From: Eledone cirrhosa
Taxonomy: Eukaryota
Length of the DNA stretch: 64,000 nt
Direction of reading: 5' to 3'
NCBI GenBank assembly: GCA_964016885.1
Contig: OZ024745.1
Span: 111,600,001-111,664,000 of the forward strand
The first letter of the stretch is position 1, and every line of letters starts with the position of its first letter. The notes below the pieces were generated by a model, which ran no database searches, was not told where the DNA came from, and saw only the letters and a program-made list of their open reading frames with translations. This document shows positions 51,802-64,000 of this stretch, piece after piece. The position numbers were made by a program, and so were the translations under genes.

Positions 51802-51993
51802 TAGACCTGCCAACCTCTAAAAACCCCAACAGGGAGTACCATGAAAAAAAGTGCCCCAAATCGAGGAAATGAGGCAAAATGGGGAGATTTTACATAATGA
51901 AAGCTATACCCATTTTCACAAGAGAAGACATCTCAAACCCACACCAAAGTGGGTGAGAGACCTACGCATCTGACGGGGAGAGTTGACAGGTTT
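51802..51993. mobile_element. Possible hAT-like MITE
   Basis: Imperfect TIR tagacctgccaacctct / gagagttgacaggtttg. Confidence 0.4.
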
Positions 51994-52211
51994 GGTTAAA
52001 GGGCTTCAAATTAGAATAGAGACTCTCCTACCCACCTGAGAAGGTATCTGTTTAAGTGATCCTTTTAAAAAGAAATTAGTTAAAAATTTATGAAGTTTCT
52101 GATTACATGTTTATTTAAAGGTTTTCAAAAATGTTATATTAATAATGATTCCTGCCATCTTAACTTACTCAAACAAAAAATAAAATGTAATGATCAAATT
52201 TAACTCATAAA

Positions 52212-52399
52212 TAATTGTTTCTACTTTAGGCACAAGGCCAGCAAATACCCAATGCATTACTGGTACTTTATTTTATCGACCCAGTAAGGATGAAAAGCAA
52301 AGTTAACCTCGGCGGGATTTGAACTCAGATCGTAAAGGGACGTAGCTATGCTGGAAAGCATGGCGTCCGACCCTCTACCGATACTGCCAATCCACCGCC
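52212..52399 (-). mobile_element. SINE-A
   Basis: TSD tttaactcataaa(a)taat. Confidence 0.9.
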
Positions 52400-52867
52400 G
52401 TTTAACTCATAAATAATAATGTAAAAACATTAAAATTTCTCCATAGTCAGAATATAGCCGATTCCATGCATAATGGCATATGTTACCTTCTACAGTAAAA
52501 GCAACCTAATTCTATCATCATGTGCTCTCAAATAGTAGCTTGATAAATGTGATTAATTATGAAATATCATAATATATTACTTACAATTAATTATAATATG
52601 GATTTTCATATCACAATATATAACATTATATATAATTGGTGACCAATTAATTGGTATTGGCCAAAAATGCAGGGCTGATTAATTGGAATTCAGCCAATTT
52701 CTTATTGGTACATCTACAATATGTTTAATATTTTAGAAAATATAATGGAGCCAATATTTGACTGCAGTGACAACCATTTTAGCAAGGCTCAGTAGAGGAA
52801 CTGATGTTATATACCTTGAAACAAATGTCTGCACATTTCTAGTGAATTTTAACATATACATACATGT

Positions 52868-53121
52868 GATGTGTTGTTTCCTTGAGCAAGACACTTTATT
52901 TCACATTGCTCCAGTTTACTCAGCTGTAGAAATGAGATGATAGGGACTGGGGTCCATATCATTCCACTGCGAAGTGGTCGTGGAGGTGCCACGGCAAAAA
53001 AGCACCCAGCACTCACTGTAAATGAGGTTGGTGTTAGGAAGGGCATCCAGCTGTAGAAATCAAGCCAGAATCAGTTCCCGTCCCACCCTTGCAAGCAGGG
53101 AAAAAGCGGACGTAAAATGAA
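52868..53121 (+). mobile_element. CORE-like SINE with chimeric RTE tail
   Basis: Inverted near-identical copy of 2545-2815. Confidence 0.75.
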
Positions 53122-53166
53122 CTATAGTCAGTCGATTAATTGATCAACCAACATTTCTTTACTTGG

Positions 53167-53266
<100 letters not shown>

Positions 53267-53342
53267 CTCATATTTATATTCAAATAACATCCCAATAGAT
53301 TCACTTAGACTTTCCCTGGTCTCTTGTACTTGTTTATACTGA

Positions 53343-53480
53343 TATTATTATTACTATGACTACAGTATTGTTATTACTATGACTACAATATTGTTATTAC
53401 TATGACTACAGTATTGTTATTACTATGACTACAGTATTGTTATTGCTATGACTACAGTATTGTTATTGCTATGACTACAT
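53343..53480. repeat. ~6 x 23-bp tandem repeat
   Basis: tattgttattactatgactacag. Confidence 0.9.
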
Positions 53481-53487
53481 TACTATT

Positions 53488-53675
53488 TGGATTGATAGTA
53501 TCGGTAGAGCATCAGACACCATATTTTGCGGCATAGAGTTATGGCCCTTTATGTTCTGAGTTCAAATTTCGCTGATGTTAACTTTGCCTTTCATCCTTAC
53601 GGGGTCAATAAAATAAGGTACCAGTAATGCACTGGAGTAATTGCTGGCCTTGTGCCAAAAGTAGAAACAATTATT
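53488..53675 (+). mobile_element. SINE-A, diverged
   Basis: Consensus centre and tail. Confidence 0.8.
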
Positions 53676-54241
53676 ATAACTATAGTATTGTTCTTTATTG
53701 CACTTGCTAATAAAATAATTGGAAAATATAAATATCAGAAAGACAAAATGGAATAAATATAACAAAATCCAAACAAAGAGGACACAGAGGAACAAGAATA
53801 GTCACTGAGAAGGTCACAAAATGTGTGACAATAGCACTTTGACAATTAAATATAACAATTAATGCAGTTACTAAAACAAACCAAGGAATATGGATTAGTT
53901 ATCTGACTAATGAAACCGAAGTGAAACTCAACTGGAGCCTGTGTTTTTATTAGCAACAGGACTCCACCAAAATATAACCATATTTGTTTCAACACATGAT
54001 TTCACATCAAGAATCTTGCAAAACAAATAACATAGGCCTAAGCATATCAAGATACCCTAGACAGTATAACCAGTATAACAGATACTTTTGAAATTTCATT
54101 CATGACTTTTTTTCTCTTACCTTTCTAGTTTATCTGAGAAAGTTCCAAGGTGTTTTAGGGATTTTTTGCTTATCTTCTAGAAGCCTTCACTGTATTTTAA
54201 TCTTCATATTCTTTATTTCTCTCTCTCTCTTCCTCCACTCT

Positions 54242-54304
<63 letters not shown>

Positions 54305-54395
54305 GCATTTCATACATTTTGTTTCTTTATTACCAGATACATTTTTTTTGTTATTGAATTCTTTAAAGTTTTCTCTCATCTCACACATATATATG

Positions 54396-54460
<65 letters not shown>

Positions 54461-55191
54461 AGGGGGGTGTATTATATATACAAGTATATGCCTGTATATA
54501 TGATGAGAAATATATGATGAAAACAAAAAAATTTGAACATAAAATGGAGGGGTTAGCTTATATTTGAGGTCAATATTTTGTTGATTTTCACCAACTTCAA
54601 ATTCTACATAAATGTGGTGCTGAAATATTTTCCATATTACATATGGCCTTCAAAACAGTCGAATAATCGGTAAAAAATCATTACATAATGGAGTTAAATA
54701 TGAAAATATTAACATTTCATAAATATATTCTCCACTCATTAAAATTTTAGAACTATGCCATCTAAACATTATGAGTTGATTAACTGCTGTGGCTTATACA
54801 CAGGGCTTGGGTTTTTGTTCATTTCTCAGACATCAAATAGGGGGTCAGCTCTCCATCTGGTTTGTGGTCTCGCACAAATTAATTGAGAGGACCACAATTT
54901 ATGCCAGTTTGTGCAACAAGAAATAAATAAACATTTCTGCTGGTATGATGTGTGTGTGAAATCAGTGGCTCTGCTTCAGTACGGACTTGGTCTATATGGA
55001 CCCATCCAACCCTTGCTAGCAGGAAATATACACACACATATATATATGCATTCTGGAGTAATACAGAAGATCCACCTTCCTATGCGCACAGACTGAAACA
55101 TACATCTAGTAGGCATTTCTTAACCACTATCATCCCCCCTACCATATGCTTCCCATGTCCCAATACCCACCAACATCTGATCACACCACCC

Positions 55192-55923
55192 TTACACTGT
55201 AAAGTTGTCATGTTGGTATCACAACAAAAAGCACCCAACACACACTGTAAAGTGGTCATATAGGAGTCACAACAAAAAGCACCCAGCACACACTATAAGG
55301 TGGTCATATAGGAGTCACAACAAAAAGCACCCAACACACACTGTAAAGTGGTCATATAGGAGTCACAACAAAAAGCACCCAACACACACTGTAAAGTGGT
55401 CATATAGGAGTCACAACAAAAAGCACCCAGCACACACTATAAGGTGGTCATATAGGAGTCACAACAAAAAGCACCCAACACACACTGTAAAGTGGTCATA
55501 TAGGAGTCACAACAAAAAGCACCCAACACACACTGTAAAGTGGTCATATAGGAGTCACAACAAAAAGCACCCAACACACACTGAAAAGTGGTCATATAGG
55601 TGTCACAACAAAAAGCACCCAACACACACTGTAAAGTGGTCATATAGGAGTCACAACAAAAAGCACCCAACACACACTGAAAAGTGGCCATATAGGAGTC
55701 ACAACAAAAAGCACCCAACACACACTGAAAAGTGGTCATATAGGAGTCACAACAAAAAGCACCCAACACACACTGAAAAGTGGTCATATAGGAGTCACAA
55801 CAAAAAGCACCCAACACACACTGTAAAGTGGTCATATAGGAGTCACAACAAAAAGCACTCAACACACACTGTAAAGTGGTCATGTAGGAGTCACAACAAA
55901 AAGCATCCAGCACACACTGTAAA
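55192..55923 (+). repeat. 15 x 48-bp minisatellite expanded from the RTE-A 3' UTR internal repeat
   Basis: Unit acacactgtaaagtggtcatataggagtcacaacaaaaagcacccaac; continues directly into the RTE-A tail (55925-56072). Confidence 0.93.
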
Positions 55924-56448
55924 TGTGTCTGACATTAGGAAGGGCATCCAGCCGTAGAAACCAAGTCAGAAACAGTTGTGTATGAGCAAGACATGGTCAT
56001 CTGACCCGACTTGCCTCAGACGGACAACCTGTCTAACCAATGCTAGTGTGGAAAATGGACGTTATATGATGACATATATATATACACACACACACACATA
56101 TATATATATGCACATATACACACACACACACACACATGTTTGTGTGTGTGTGTGTGTATGTGCGGGTTGATAGATCTGTCACCATCATGATTTAACATCC
56201 ATTTTTGCATGCTAGTGTATCCGTGTGTGCGTGTGTGCGTGTGTGGTGTGTGTGTGAATATTTATATATAATCCTATAAATGAAATACATAAGTAAAACA
56301 AATAATAAAAATTAGAAGACAAAGACAAAGACTACGAAGAAAAGGAGGAGGGGGAGAGGGGGAGAAGAGGAGCTCCCAAAAAAAGCATAATTTGCCTTAA
56401 AAAGAGAAGAAAAAAAAAGGGGGGGGGGGGTAGAAAAATATATAAATA

Positions 56449-56489
<41 letters not shown>

Positions 56490-56814
56490 AGTGAGAATAA
56501 GCTCAGCTGTGTATGTGAATGTTGTTTGTGGTATATCAGTTTAACAAAGACTAATGTAAGAGAGGTGAAGGGGGGAGGGGGATCAGAGAGATGTATTTGA
56601 CAGACATTATTGGACAATAAAACAACAGGGAAAGGAAAGGAATAGAAAATGATATGAAGAAGTCTTGGAGAAAAGACCATTGGAGAAGGAAAGAAAGAAC
56701 CAAATGAAATGGTAAAATAAAAATAGGGAAAAAATAGACAGAAATAACAGGAAATTGTTTTTGTTATGATTTATTAGCTTCAGTTGCATGTCCATGAGGA
56801 AAAGAGGAAATGGG

Positions 56815-57600
56815 GGAGAGAGAGAGAATACGTGTGTGTGTGTGTGTGTGTGTATGTGAGAGAGAGAGAGAATATGTGTGTGGGTGAGAGAGATAGAGAG
56901 AGAATGTGTGTGTGGGTGAGAGAGATAGAGAGAGAATGTGTGTGTGGGTGAGAGAGATAGAGAGAGATGTGTGTGTGGGTGAGAGAGATAGAGAGAATGT
57001 GTGTGTGTGTGGGTGAGAGAGATAGAGAGAGAATGTGTGTGTGTGTGGGTGAGAGAGATAGAGAGAGAATAGGTGTGGGTGAGAGAGAGAGAATAAGTAT
57101 GTGGATGAGAGAGATAGCGAGAGAATGTGTGTGTGGGTGAGAGAGAGAGAATATGTACATGAGTGAGAGAGAGTATGTGAAAGAGAGAGAAAAAGTATGT
57201 GAGAGAGAGAGAGATTATGAGTGTGGATATGGGTGAGAAAGAGAGTATGGGAGAGAGAGAGAGACAGAGAATATGTGTGTGGGTATGGGTGAGAAAGAGA
57301 GTGGGCAGGAGAGAGAGTAAGTGGAAGAGAGAGAGAGTTTGTGTGTGAGAGACAGTGGGTGAGAGTGTGTGTGTGTGTGAGAGTGTGTGTGTGTGTGTGC
57401 GTGTGTGTGAGAGAAAGAAATTGTGAGAGTGCATGTGAGAGGGTGAGAATGTGTGTGTGTGAGAAAGAGAGTGTATGTGTGTGTGTGTGAAAGAGAGAGT
57501 GTGTGTGTATGTAAGAGACAAAGAAATTGTGAGAGTGCATGTGAGAGGGTGAGAGTGTGTGTGTGTGAAAGAGAGAGAGAGGTGTGTGGGTGTCTAAGAG
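56815..57600. repeat. Compound (GA)n/(GT)n minisatellite-like tract
   Basis: Recurring gaatgtgtgtgtgggtgagagagatagaga units. Confidence 0.9.
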
Positions 57601-57668
57601 AGAGGGGGATTGTGCAGAGCCAAGAGAGAGAAAATGTAATCAATAGATAGAATGCAGAATTGCTGTTA

Positions 57669-57719
57669 TTAACAGTTATTTGTACATATAGGACAGAGAC
57701 AGAATTTGAAAGGTAAAGA
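57669..57719 (-). other. Candidate alternative terminal exon
   Basis: ~340-nt pyrimidine-rich tract ending cttcttcaactcctacag|; frames give SLPFKFCLCPICTNNC* or FTFQILSLSYMYK*. Confidence 0.3.
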
Positions 57720-58761
57720 CTGTAGGAGTTGAAGAAGGGGGGGCGATAGGAAGGAAGGGGGGGTAGAGAGGAGTAAAGAAAATGTAGAGAAAATAAAAAA
57801 CTGGAGGAAGAGACAAAAAAAAATAGGTTATTGAGAAAGAACAAGAAAAACGAATATATTAAGGGAGGGGAGGGGGCATGAGGGTAAGTGAAGAAGAAGA
57901 AGAAGAAGAAGAAGAAGAAGAAGAAGAAGAAGAAGAAGAAGAAGAAACAGCAAAGGGGACAAATAAAAAAAATATGGGAGACAGATCTGTGAAAAACTAA
58001 AAAAAAAAAAAAAAATGGAAAAAGTGGGCGAGAAGAAGCAGAAAAAGAGAGATTAAGAGAAAGTGTCAAAATATCAAAGACTCATTGGGCTTTGATGATT
58101 CTAGTTGGGAGCTGAACATTTTCAACAAGGTTCCATTTTTCTAGCTCAAACAATCTGAATGAAAAATATCATGTGAGTAACCTTCTAGTGAATAATCTTG
58201 ACACAGCTGCCTCATTGCATATGTCCAAGAAGAAATTGTAGAAAAACGAATGTCAAAACAGGCTATTTAGAAAAGATAAATTGGAAGAAATTTATAACAA
58301 AGCTCTAAGAGATGACCTTCAGTAAATACTAAACAGCTATCTAAAATATTTTACTTTGATGGCAGTTTTCTCTGTTAATTCATTAACTATAAAACACTTG
58401 GCTTGAAGAGAAGAGAGAACAAGAAGAAAAGTTACAAAGACAAGTTTTTCGGCCATTAAGTTATCTGAACAAACTTTGTCACATGTCAGTTTTTTGTTGT
58501 TGTTTTTTTTTTGTTGTTTTTTTAATTTTATTATTCTTGTTTAGACACCAATATTATTATTAGTTTTTGTTTTGTTTTTTTAATTTTATACAATTGATTT
58601 CTTGAAAAGTTTTTGGGTGTTAATCTCTTAAGAACAAAACTCAATATATATGAAGTTTACGGAATGAAAAAAAAACAAAACAAATATAAAATATAAAGAA
58701 GCTTTTAACTAAAACATTAAACATCTATTTTATTCTGAAACTAACATTGTGATGCTGAAAT

Positions 58762-58945
58762 AATTGTTTCTACTGTTGGCACAAGGCCAGCAATTATACC
58801 AGTGCATCACTGGTACTTCATTTTATCGACCCCCATAAGGATGAAAGGCAAACTTAATCTCAGCGGGATTTGAGCTCAGACCGTAAAGGGCCATAACTCT
58901 GTGCTGCAAAGCATGATGTCTACTGATAGTGCCAATCTGCCAGTC
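58762..58945 (-). mobile_element. SINE-A
   Basis: TSD tgtgatgctgaaataat. Confidence 0.85.
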
Positions 58946-59679
58946 TGTGATGCTGAAATAATGAGGGTGAAACAATATGCATAATAGATGGTAGAAAATA
59001 GGAAGGAAGACAATAAGATATGGAGCTGGTGAAATGAAAGATTCTATTGAGCTGGTGCTTATTATCATTACACTTAGTCCAATGACCAAACTTTCAACAG
59101 ACCATAATATTCTATACATGTGTCTCTTGTATGTAAGGACATGACAATTATTTTGATTGATTGTCCCATAATGCTAGACATGTTTGAAAACTTCTAGGCC
59201 AGTAGGCTGGGAGTAGCCTAACAACTCAGCCAGCTGTGACTTCCATATGGAGAATGAGGAGAAGAAATTTATTATATTTTGGGACATGTCTATATCTATT
59301 TCTCAATGCTACAATAGACTGAATATTCTTTTACTGGCTTCAGTCATTAGGCTGCAGCCATGCTGGGGCACCACTTTCAAGGAATTTAGTAAATTGTATC
59401 GATGCCAGTACCTTTTCTTTCTTTTTTTTCATTTCTAGCACTTATTTTATCGATCCCTATTTGTTGGATTGCTAAGTTATGAGACATAAACAAACAGTAG
59501 ATATAAACACAGATATGAACTGACACACACATACATATATAACAGGCTTTTCCACAGTTTTTGTCAACCAAATTTCACTCAAAAGGCATTAGTCAACCCA
59601 AAGCTATAGTAGAAGACACTTGCCCAATAGGCCACACTGTGTCTGTACATGAAACCATATGGTTATGAAGGAATTCTAT

Positions 59680-59835
59680 GCCTGCATGGGTTGAACGGGT
59701 TTTTTTCAGCATAGCATCTCTCCACTCACCACATTTGTGAGTTTCAGCAACTTGAGGTCAGCTCTCACATCCTCTGCCCAGGTCTTTCTTGGTCTACCTC
59801 TACTGCAGCTTTCATCCACTGGCATTTCCAGTTCC
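59680..59835 (-). pseudogene. Old RTE-B-like ORF end
   Basis: EMPVDESCSRGRPRKTWAEDVRADLK. Confidence 0.75.
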
Positions 59836-60379
59836 TTGCCTGCTGTACTGTTCCTTGCCTGCACTACTGCAGTGTAGCTTAGAATGAACAACTTCTTTAA
59901 AATTTATATAGAATCATCAATTACAAAAGTTTTCATAATTCTAGTTTATGAAATCAATTTTCATAAAAAATATATTTCTTTTATGAGAAAAAGAAAGCAA
60001 GAAAGCAAGAAAGAAAGAAAATGATTGCAGGATAGGAGAGAGAAGTCAAAGAAACTCTCGACTAGATTTCAATCTTAAACAAACAATGACTTCAAATAAG
60101 AAGAGAGTTTGAGTCATTGATTCACTACCAAGAATTTATTACATTTTCATCTGATTACATAAACACTAAAATTATGACTTGCATCAATCTTAACAATGGA
60201 GGAGTGTCTAAGGGAAGTATCTGGAAAGGTTTATAGGCAGCACTGCCTTACTTCCTCACACTAAATAATAGAAACAAACAAACGAATAAAACATCAAAGA
60301 CAAACTAAGATGAATACTTCAACTAAACTTGTTCTGCTATCTAAAAAAAAATGGGACATAGAAGACTACAATATCTTAA

Positions 60380-61126
60380 CCCTTTTGTTACCGTATTCCT
60401 TATGAAATATACTGCCTATGTACATCAATTAACCCTTTTGTTACCGTATTCCTTGTGAAATACAGTGTATTTGAATTCAACAATAGAGAATTTTGTGGGA
60501 TTTACTACAATTATTTCAATTATTCTAACATAACAAAAGATCTTTTTCTATAAAATGATATTGGAAGATTTAAATTTAAAATGGACAGTTTTATTCCATA
60601 GTACCAGGGATGGTTTTGGTCAGGTTGGTATTGAAAGGATTAATTTTTAAAATTTGTTAATGAGATAAGTAAGTTTTTCATTTGTAGGCTGATGTTTGAA
60701 ACATTACTTTTAAAAATCTTAAATAAAATTATGAAGGCTTTAATGTAAATGTGAACATTTTAAAATAAGCAGTTGTGTATCATAAAACTAGGGGCAGTTC
60801 AAATGTTAAAGTTAAAGTCTGTTCTAAGCCGAGGGCTCATCAAGCCAGTGCTTACCCCCCAGTTTCCTTGGTGTTAAGCAACTGAAAGTTCAAGACTCTC
60901 CCTAGACAGGATTCCAGTCTATAACCAGTTTAACTCTCCAACTACTGTTTGTACTCAATCTCAGCTGAATGTACTGGAACAATGTGAAATAAAGTGCTTT
61001 GCTCAAGAACACAATGCAGCGCCTTATCCAGGAATCGAATGAATAACATTACGACCGAAAGTCCAGCATCCTAACCATTAGGCCATGTGGCTTCAGGCAG
61101 TTTGAAGTGGGTTAGTATCAAATGGG
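60380..61126. mobile_element. piggyBac-type MITE (family 2) carrying a nested same-family MITE (60433-60639) and a tRNA SINE (60803-61095, minus)
   Basis: TTAACCCTTTTGTTACCGTATTCC occurs twice; right ends GAAAGGA|TTAA (60640) and AAATGGG|TTAA (61127). Confidence 0.75.
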
Positions 61127-62071
61127 TTAATGCAACTGATAATATTTAAATGTAAATACTAGTAGGCATAGTCAGCAATTTATGGCAGAAAATAGAAAGA
61201 GACCCTAGTGATAAGACTAGAATCACATATCTGCAGTTTTCCAAGCAACCACAACTATAGTAATGAATAAAAGAAGGGAGAATGCTAAGAGTTCTTCTGT
61301 ATACAGTTACACTGCTATTTGGTAAGATATAATACATGGTTCAAATCCTGTACATAACACTGTTTCACTTCTCTATCTCAAACTGGTGCTCATAAAGTTT
61401 TGATATCAAAGACTATGATATCTTTGAAAATGAATGATTACAGAGAACTTTGTTTCAATTCCTCTATAAAGTCTTTATAATATAAGTCACATTCAGGGAA
61501 ATAAAACAGCAACTGCCTTTCAACAATCAAGCCAGAACTGAAAGTTTGGACAATCAAATACCCCTCTTGTAATGACTCAATGAAAATATATATATGGAGG
61601 ACTGTTGCTTGTGCCTTAGCAGGTTTACAAAGCCTGAGGAGTTTATTTACACAACTCTTTGTTATTCTCTATCACAATAGGATGTATACTGCAATTCAAT
61701 AGATTGATTTATACGATTGATTTTGGTTAAGGATTACTTACGTCTGATTTATTTTCTCCCACTCCCCCATCCATCCCCACAAACTTTTTTTTTCAATAAC
61801 GACAAAGAAAACAGGAAAAAAATAGAAAAAAATATATATATATAGTATGGCGTATTTTATGAAAGTAAAAAGGAAATAAAATTGATGCATTTAGCTTTGC
61901 CTAAGGGCAGTTGCAGTGAATAGACTTTCAGTTCAATACAAGCTAAAAGATGTAATAAAAATACATCCTTATCAGACTGTCAATTTTCATTTCAGATCTT
62001 GTTTAAACAGAAAGGACAATAATGGAAAAGAGCAAAGAATTCCAGCAACCAATATAATACCTTCCACACAT

Positions 62072-62105
<34 letters not shown>

Positions 62106-62124
62106 GATTATATATATATATATA

Positions 62125-62385
62125 TCATCATCATCATCATCAACGTTTAACGTCCGTGTTCCACGCTTGCATGGGTTTGGACGGGGGTAGTCCCACTTGA
62201 GGCAAGAGTGATTGTCTTGCTCGCATAGGACTGTCTGGCAGGTTTTCTACAGTTGGATGCCCTTCCTAACACCAACCACATTTACAGTGTGGGGCTGGGA
62301 GGTTTTTACCGTGTTGCCTACACGGCCACATTACAGCGTGGACTGTGTGTTTTTTTGTCGTGACACCTACACGATCTCATTTACA
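62125..62385 (-). mobile_element. RTE-A 3' UTR
   Basis: Nearly identical to 39466-39722. Confidence 0.9.
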
Positions 62386-62388
62386 CGA

Positions 62389-62425
<37 letters not shown>

Positions 62426-62428
62426 ACA

Positions 62429-62700
62429 CATCAAACCATAGAAAACTAAGACAAAAACGTATTGTATGAGCAAAATGTGGTCACATGACCTGTCTAGCCT
62501 CATCATGTGACAGTTGGTGTAACCCATGGATGCATGGAAAATAAACATTAAATGATGATGATGATGATTACATCGGCTGTCACATTATGAGGCTAGACAG
62601 GTCCGGGGGACCACATTTTGCTCATACAATACGTTTTTCTCTTAGTTTTCTATGGTTGGATGCTCTTCCTATTGCCAACTACATTTTAACATGTACTGTC
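62429..62700. mobile_element. Tail-to-tail inverted pair of diverged RTE-A tails
   Basis: 62429-62513 is the reverse complement of 62577-62663. Confidence 0.75.
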
Positions 62701-63052
62701 TGTTTTTTCCTTATGCAATCCAAAACAGCTTGACCAAATCAAATCAAATTTTACAAGGTATTAGACCCCGGAAGTAAAAACATATAATTTTTATTTTCAT
62801 TTGGATTAAAATGATATAACACTTTATCTAAAATAATCTACTATAAGCTATAATTAAACGGATATTTTATAACACAATGACGACGTCACATTTTGTATAT
62901 GAGTGTGTATGTATATAAGAGAGATACAAGCTCCCTACCTATTTGAGAGGCCTGCAGCTCTGATTAAATACTGCCTTGGTCTGTGATGAACTGACAGGTA
63001 TATATATACACACACATATATGCATGCAAAAACGCACACACGTACACATACA

Positions 63053-63084
<32 letters not shown>

Positions 63085-63367
63085 AAAGAGATTTAATGAA
63101 TGGATTTTGATAATTACATGAGTATAGTAGCCTTAAATTGAGATCCAAAAATATTTCATTGTGGTAGATGGTTAAAGGAAGAATAGAAAAGCATTTAATA
63201 TATATATATATCAAGTAATCAACATCATCTAACATCTGTTTTACCATGCTGACAATAATAAACAACAAAAAGAACAGCGTAGCAGAGGTTCAGGTCTGTG
63301 GGTGTGGAGGTGGAGGAATAGGAGGCAGAAAGGGTACTGTAAGAATTAGCCAAGTTCTGAAGTAGTA

Positions 63368-64000
63368 GAAATAATTGTTTCTACTTTTGGCACAAGGCCA
63401 GCAATTATCCCAGTGCATTACTGGTACTTTATTTTATCGACCCCGTAAGGATGAAAGGCAAAGTTAACCTCGGCGGGATTTGAACTCCGATCATAAAAAG
63501 AGGTAACTCTATGCTTCAAAGCATGGCGTCCGACCCTTACCGATACTGCCAATCCACTGCCCTTTTTTTTCTGGAGTAGTAGAAATAATGGTTTGTGATT
63601 TAGGCACAAGGTTAAAATTTTGAGGCAAGAGAAAGTTGATTAAATTGACCCCCAGTGTATTACTGGTGCTTTATTTTATCAACCCTGTAAGGATGAAAAA
63701 TAAAGCCAACCTCAAAGGAATTTGAACTTAGAACGTAAAGGGCCATAACTTTATGCCACAAAGCATATAGTCCGATGCTCTACTGATACTTCCAATCCTA
63801 ATAATAATTATTTCTGATTTAGGCACAAGGCCAGCAATTTTGGGGGAGGGGAAAGTCAATTAAATCAACCCCAGTGTATTACTGGTACTTTATTTTATTG
63901 ACCCTATAAGGATAAAAGGCAAAGCTAACCTTGGCGGGATTTGAACTCAGAACGCAAAGGGCCATAACTCTATGCTGCAAAGCATAGTGTCCGACGCTCT
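63368..64000 (-). mobile_element. Stack of three SINE-A copies (63368-63562, 63585-63800, 63800-64000)
   Basis: Consensus matches; first copy has TSD gtagtagaaataat. Confidence 0.88.

Noticed and set aside
55205-55957. 250-aa His/Lys-rich repeat protein
   Set aside because: 48-bp array derived from the RTE 3' UTR.
56607-58069. 300-aa Ser/Leu/His/Thr ORFs
   Set aside because: (GA)n/(GT)n low-complexity sequence.

Overview
AT-rich eukaryotic (animal) DNA dominated by repeats. The mix of (TA)n/(CA)n/(CAT)n microsatellites, RTE LINEs with (GAT)n tails, tRNA-derived SINEs, Tx1/L1-like and CR1-like LINE relics, Helitrons and MITEs suggests a cephalopod (octopus-like) genome, but this is an inference from repeat content. 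No complete host gene is recognisable, and most ORFs in the track are microsatellite or tandem-repeat artefacts. The real coding remnants are 5'-truncated RTE ORFs (best at 40386-41770), Tx1-like ORF2 pieces (17150-19800, 27370-28292), a CR1 C-terminus and a Penelope-like RT scrap. Notable observations: (1) a 263-bp unit with 52-bp direct terminal repeats and a minimal hammerhead ribozyme core, inserted in (TA)n (retrozyme-like), plus four more hammerhead relics, two of them inside fold-back elements; (2) a C4HC3 PHD-type finger inserted inside the RT domain of three RTE copies; (3) a SINE whose 3' end and ATT target preference match the Tx1-like LINE; (4) a CORE-type SINE with a tail chimeric between two RTE families; (5) a series of strong minus-strand splice acceptors, mostly followed by early stops, plus a 27-nt microexon, suggesting the 3' region of a large minus-strand gene with alternative last exons; (6) minisatellites born inside TEs, and nested or palindromic TTAA MITEs.
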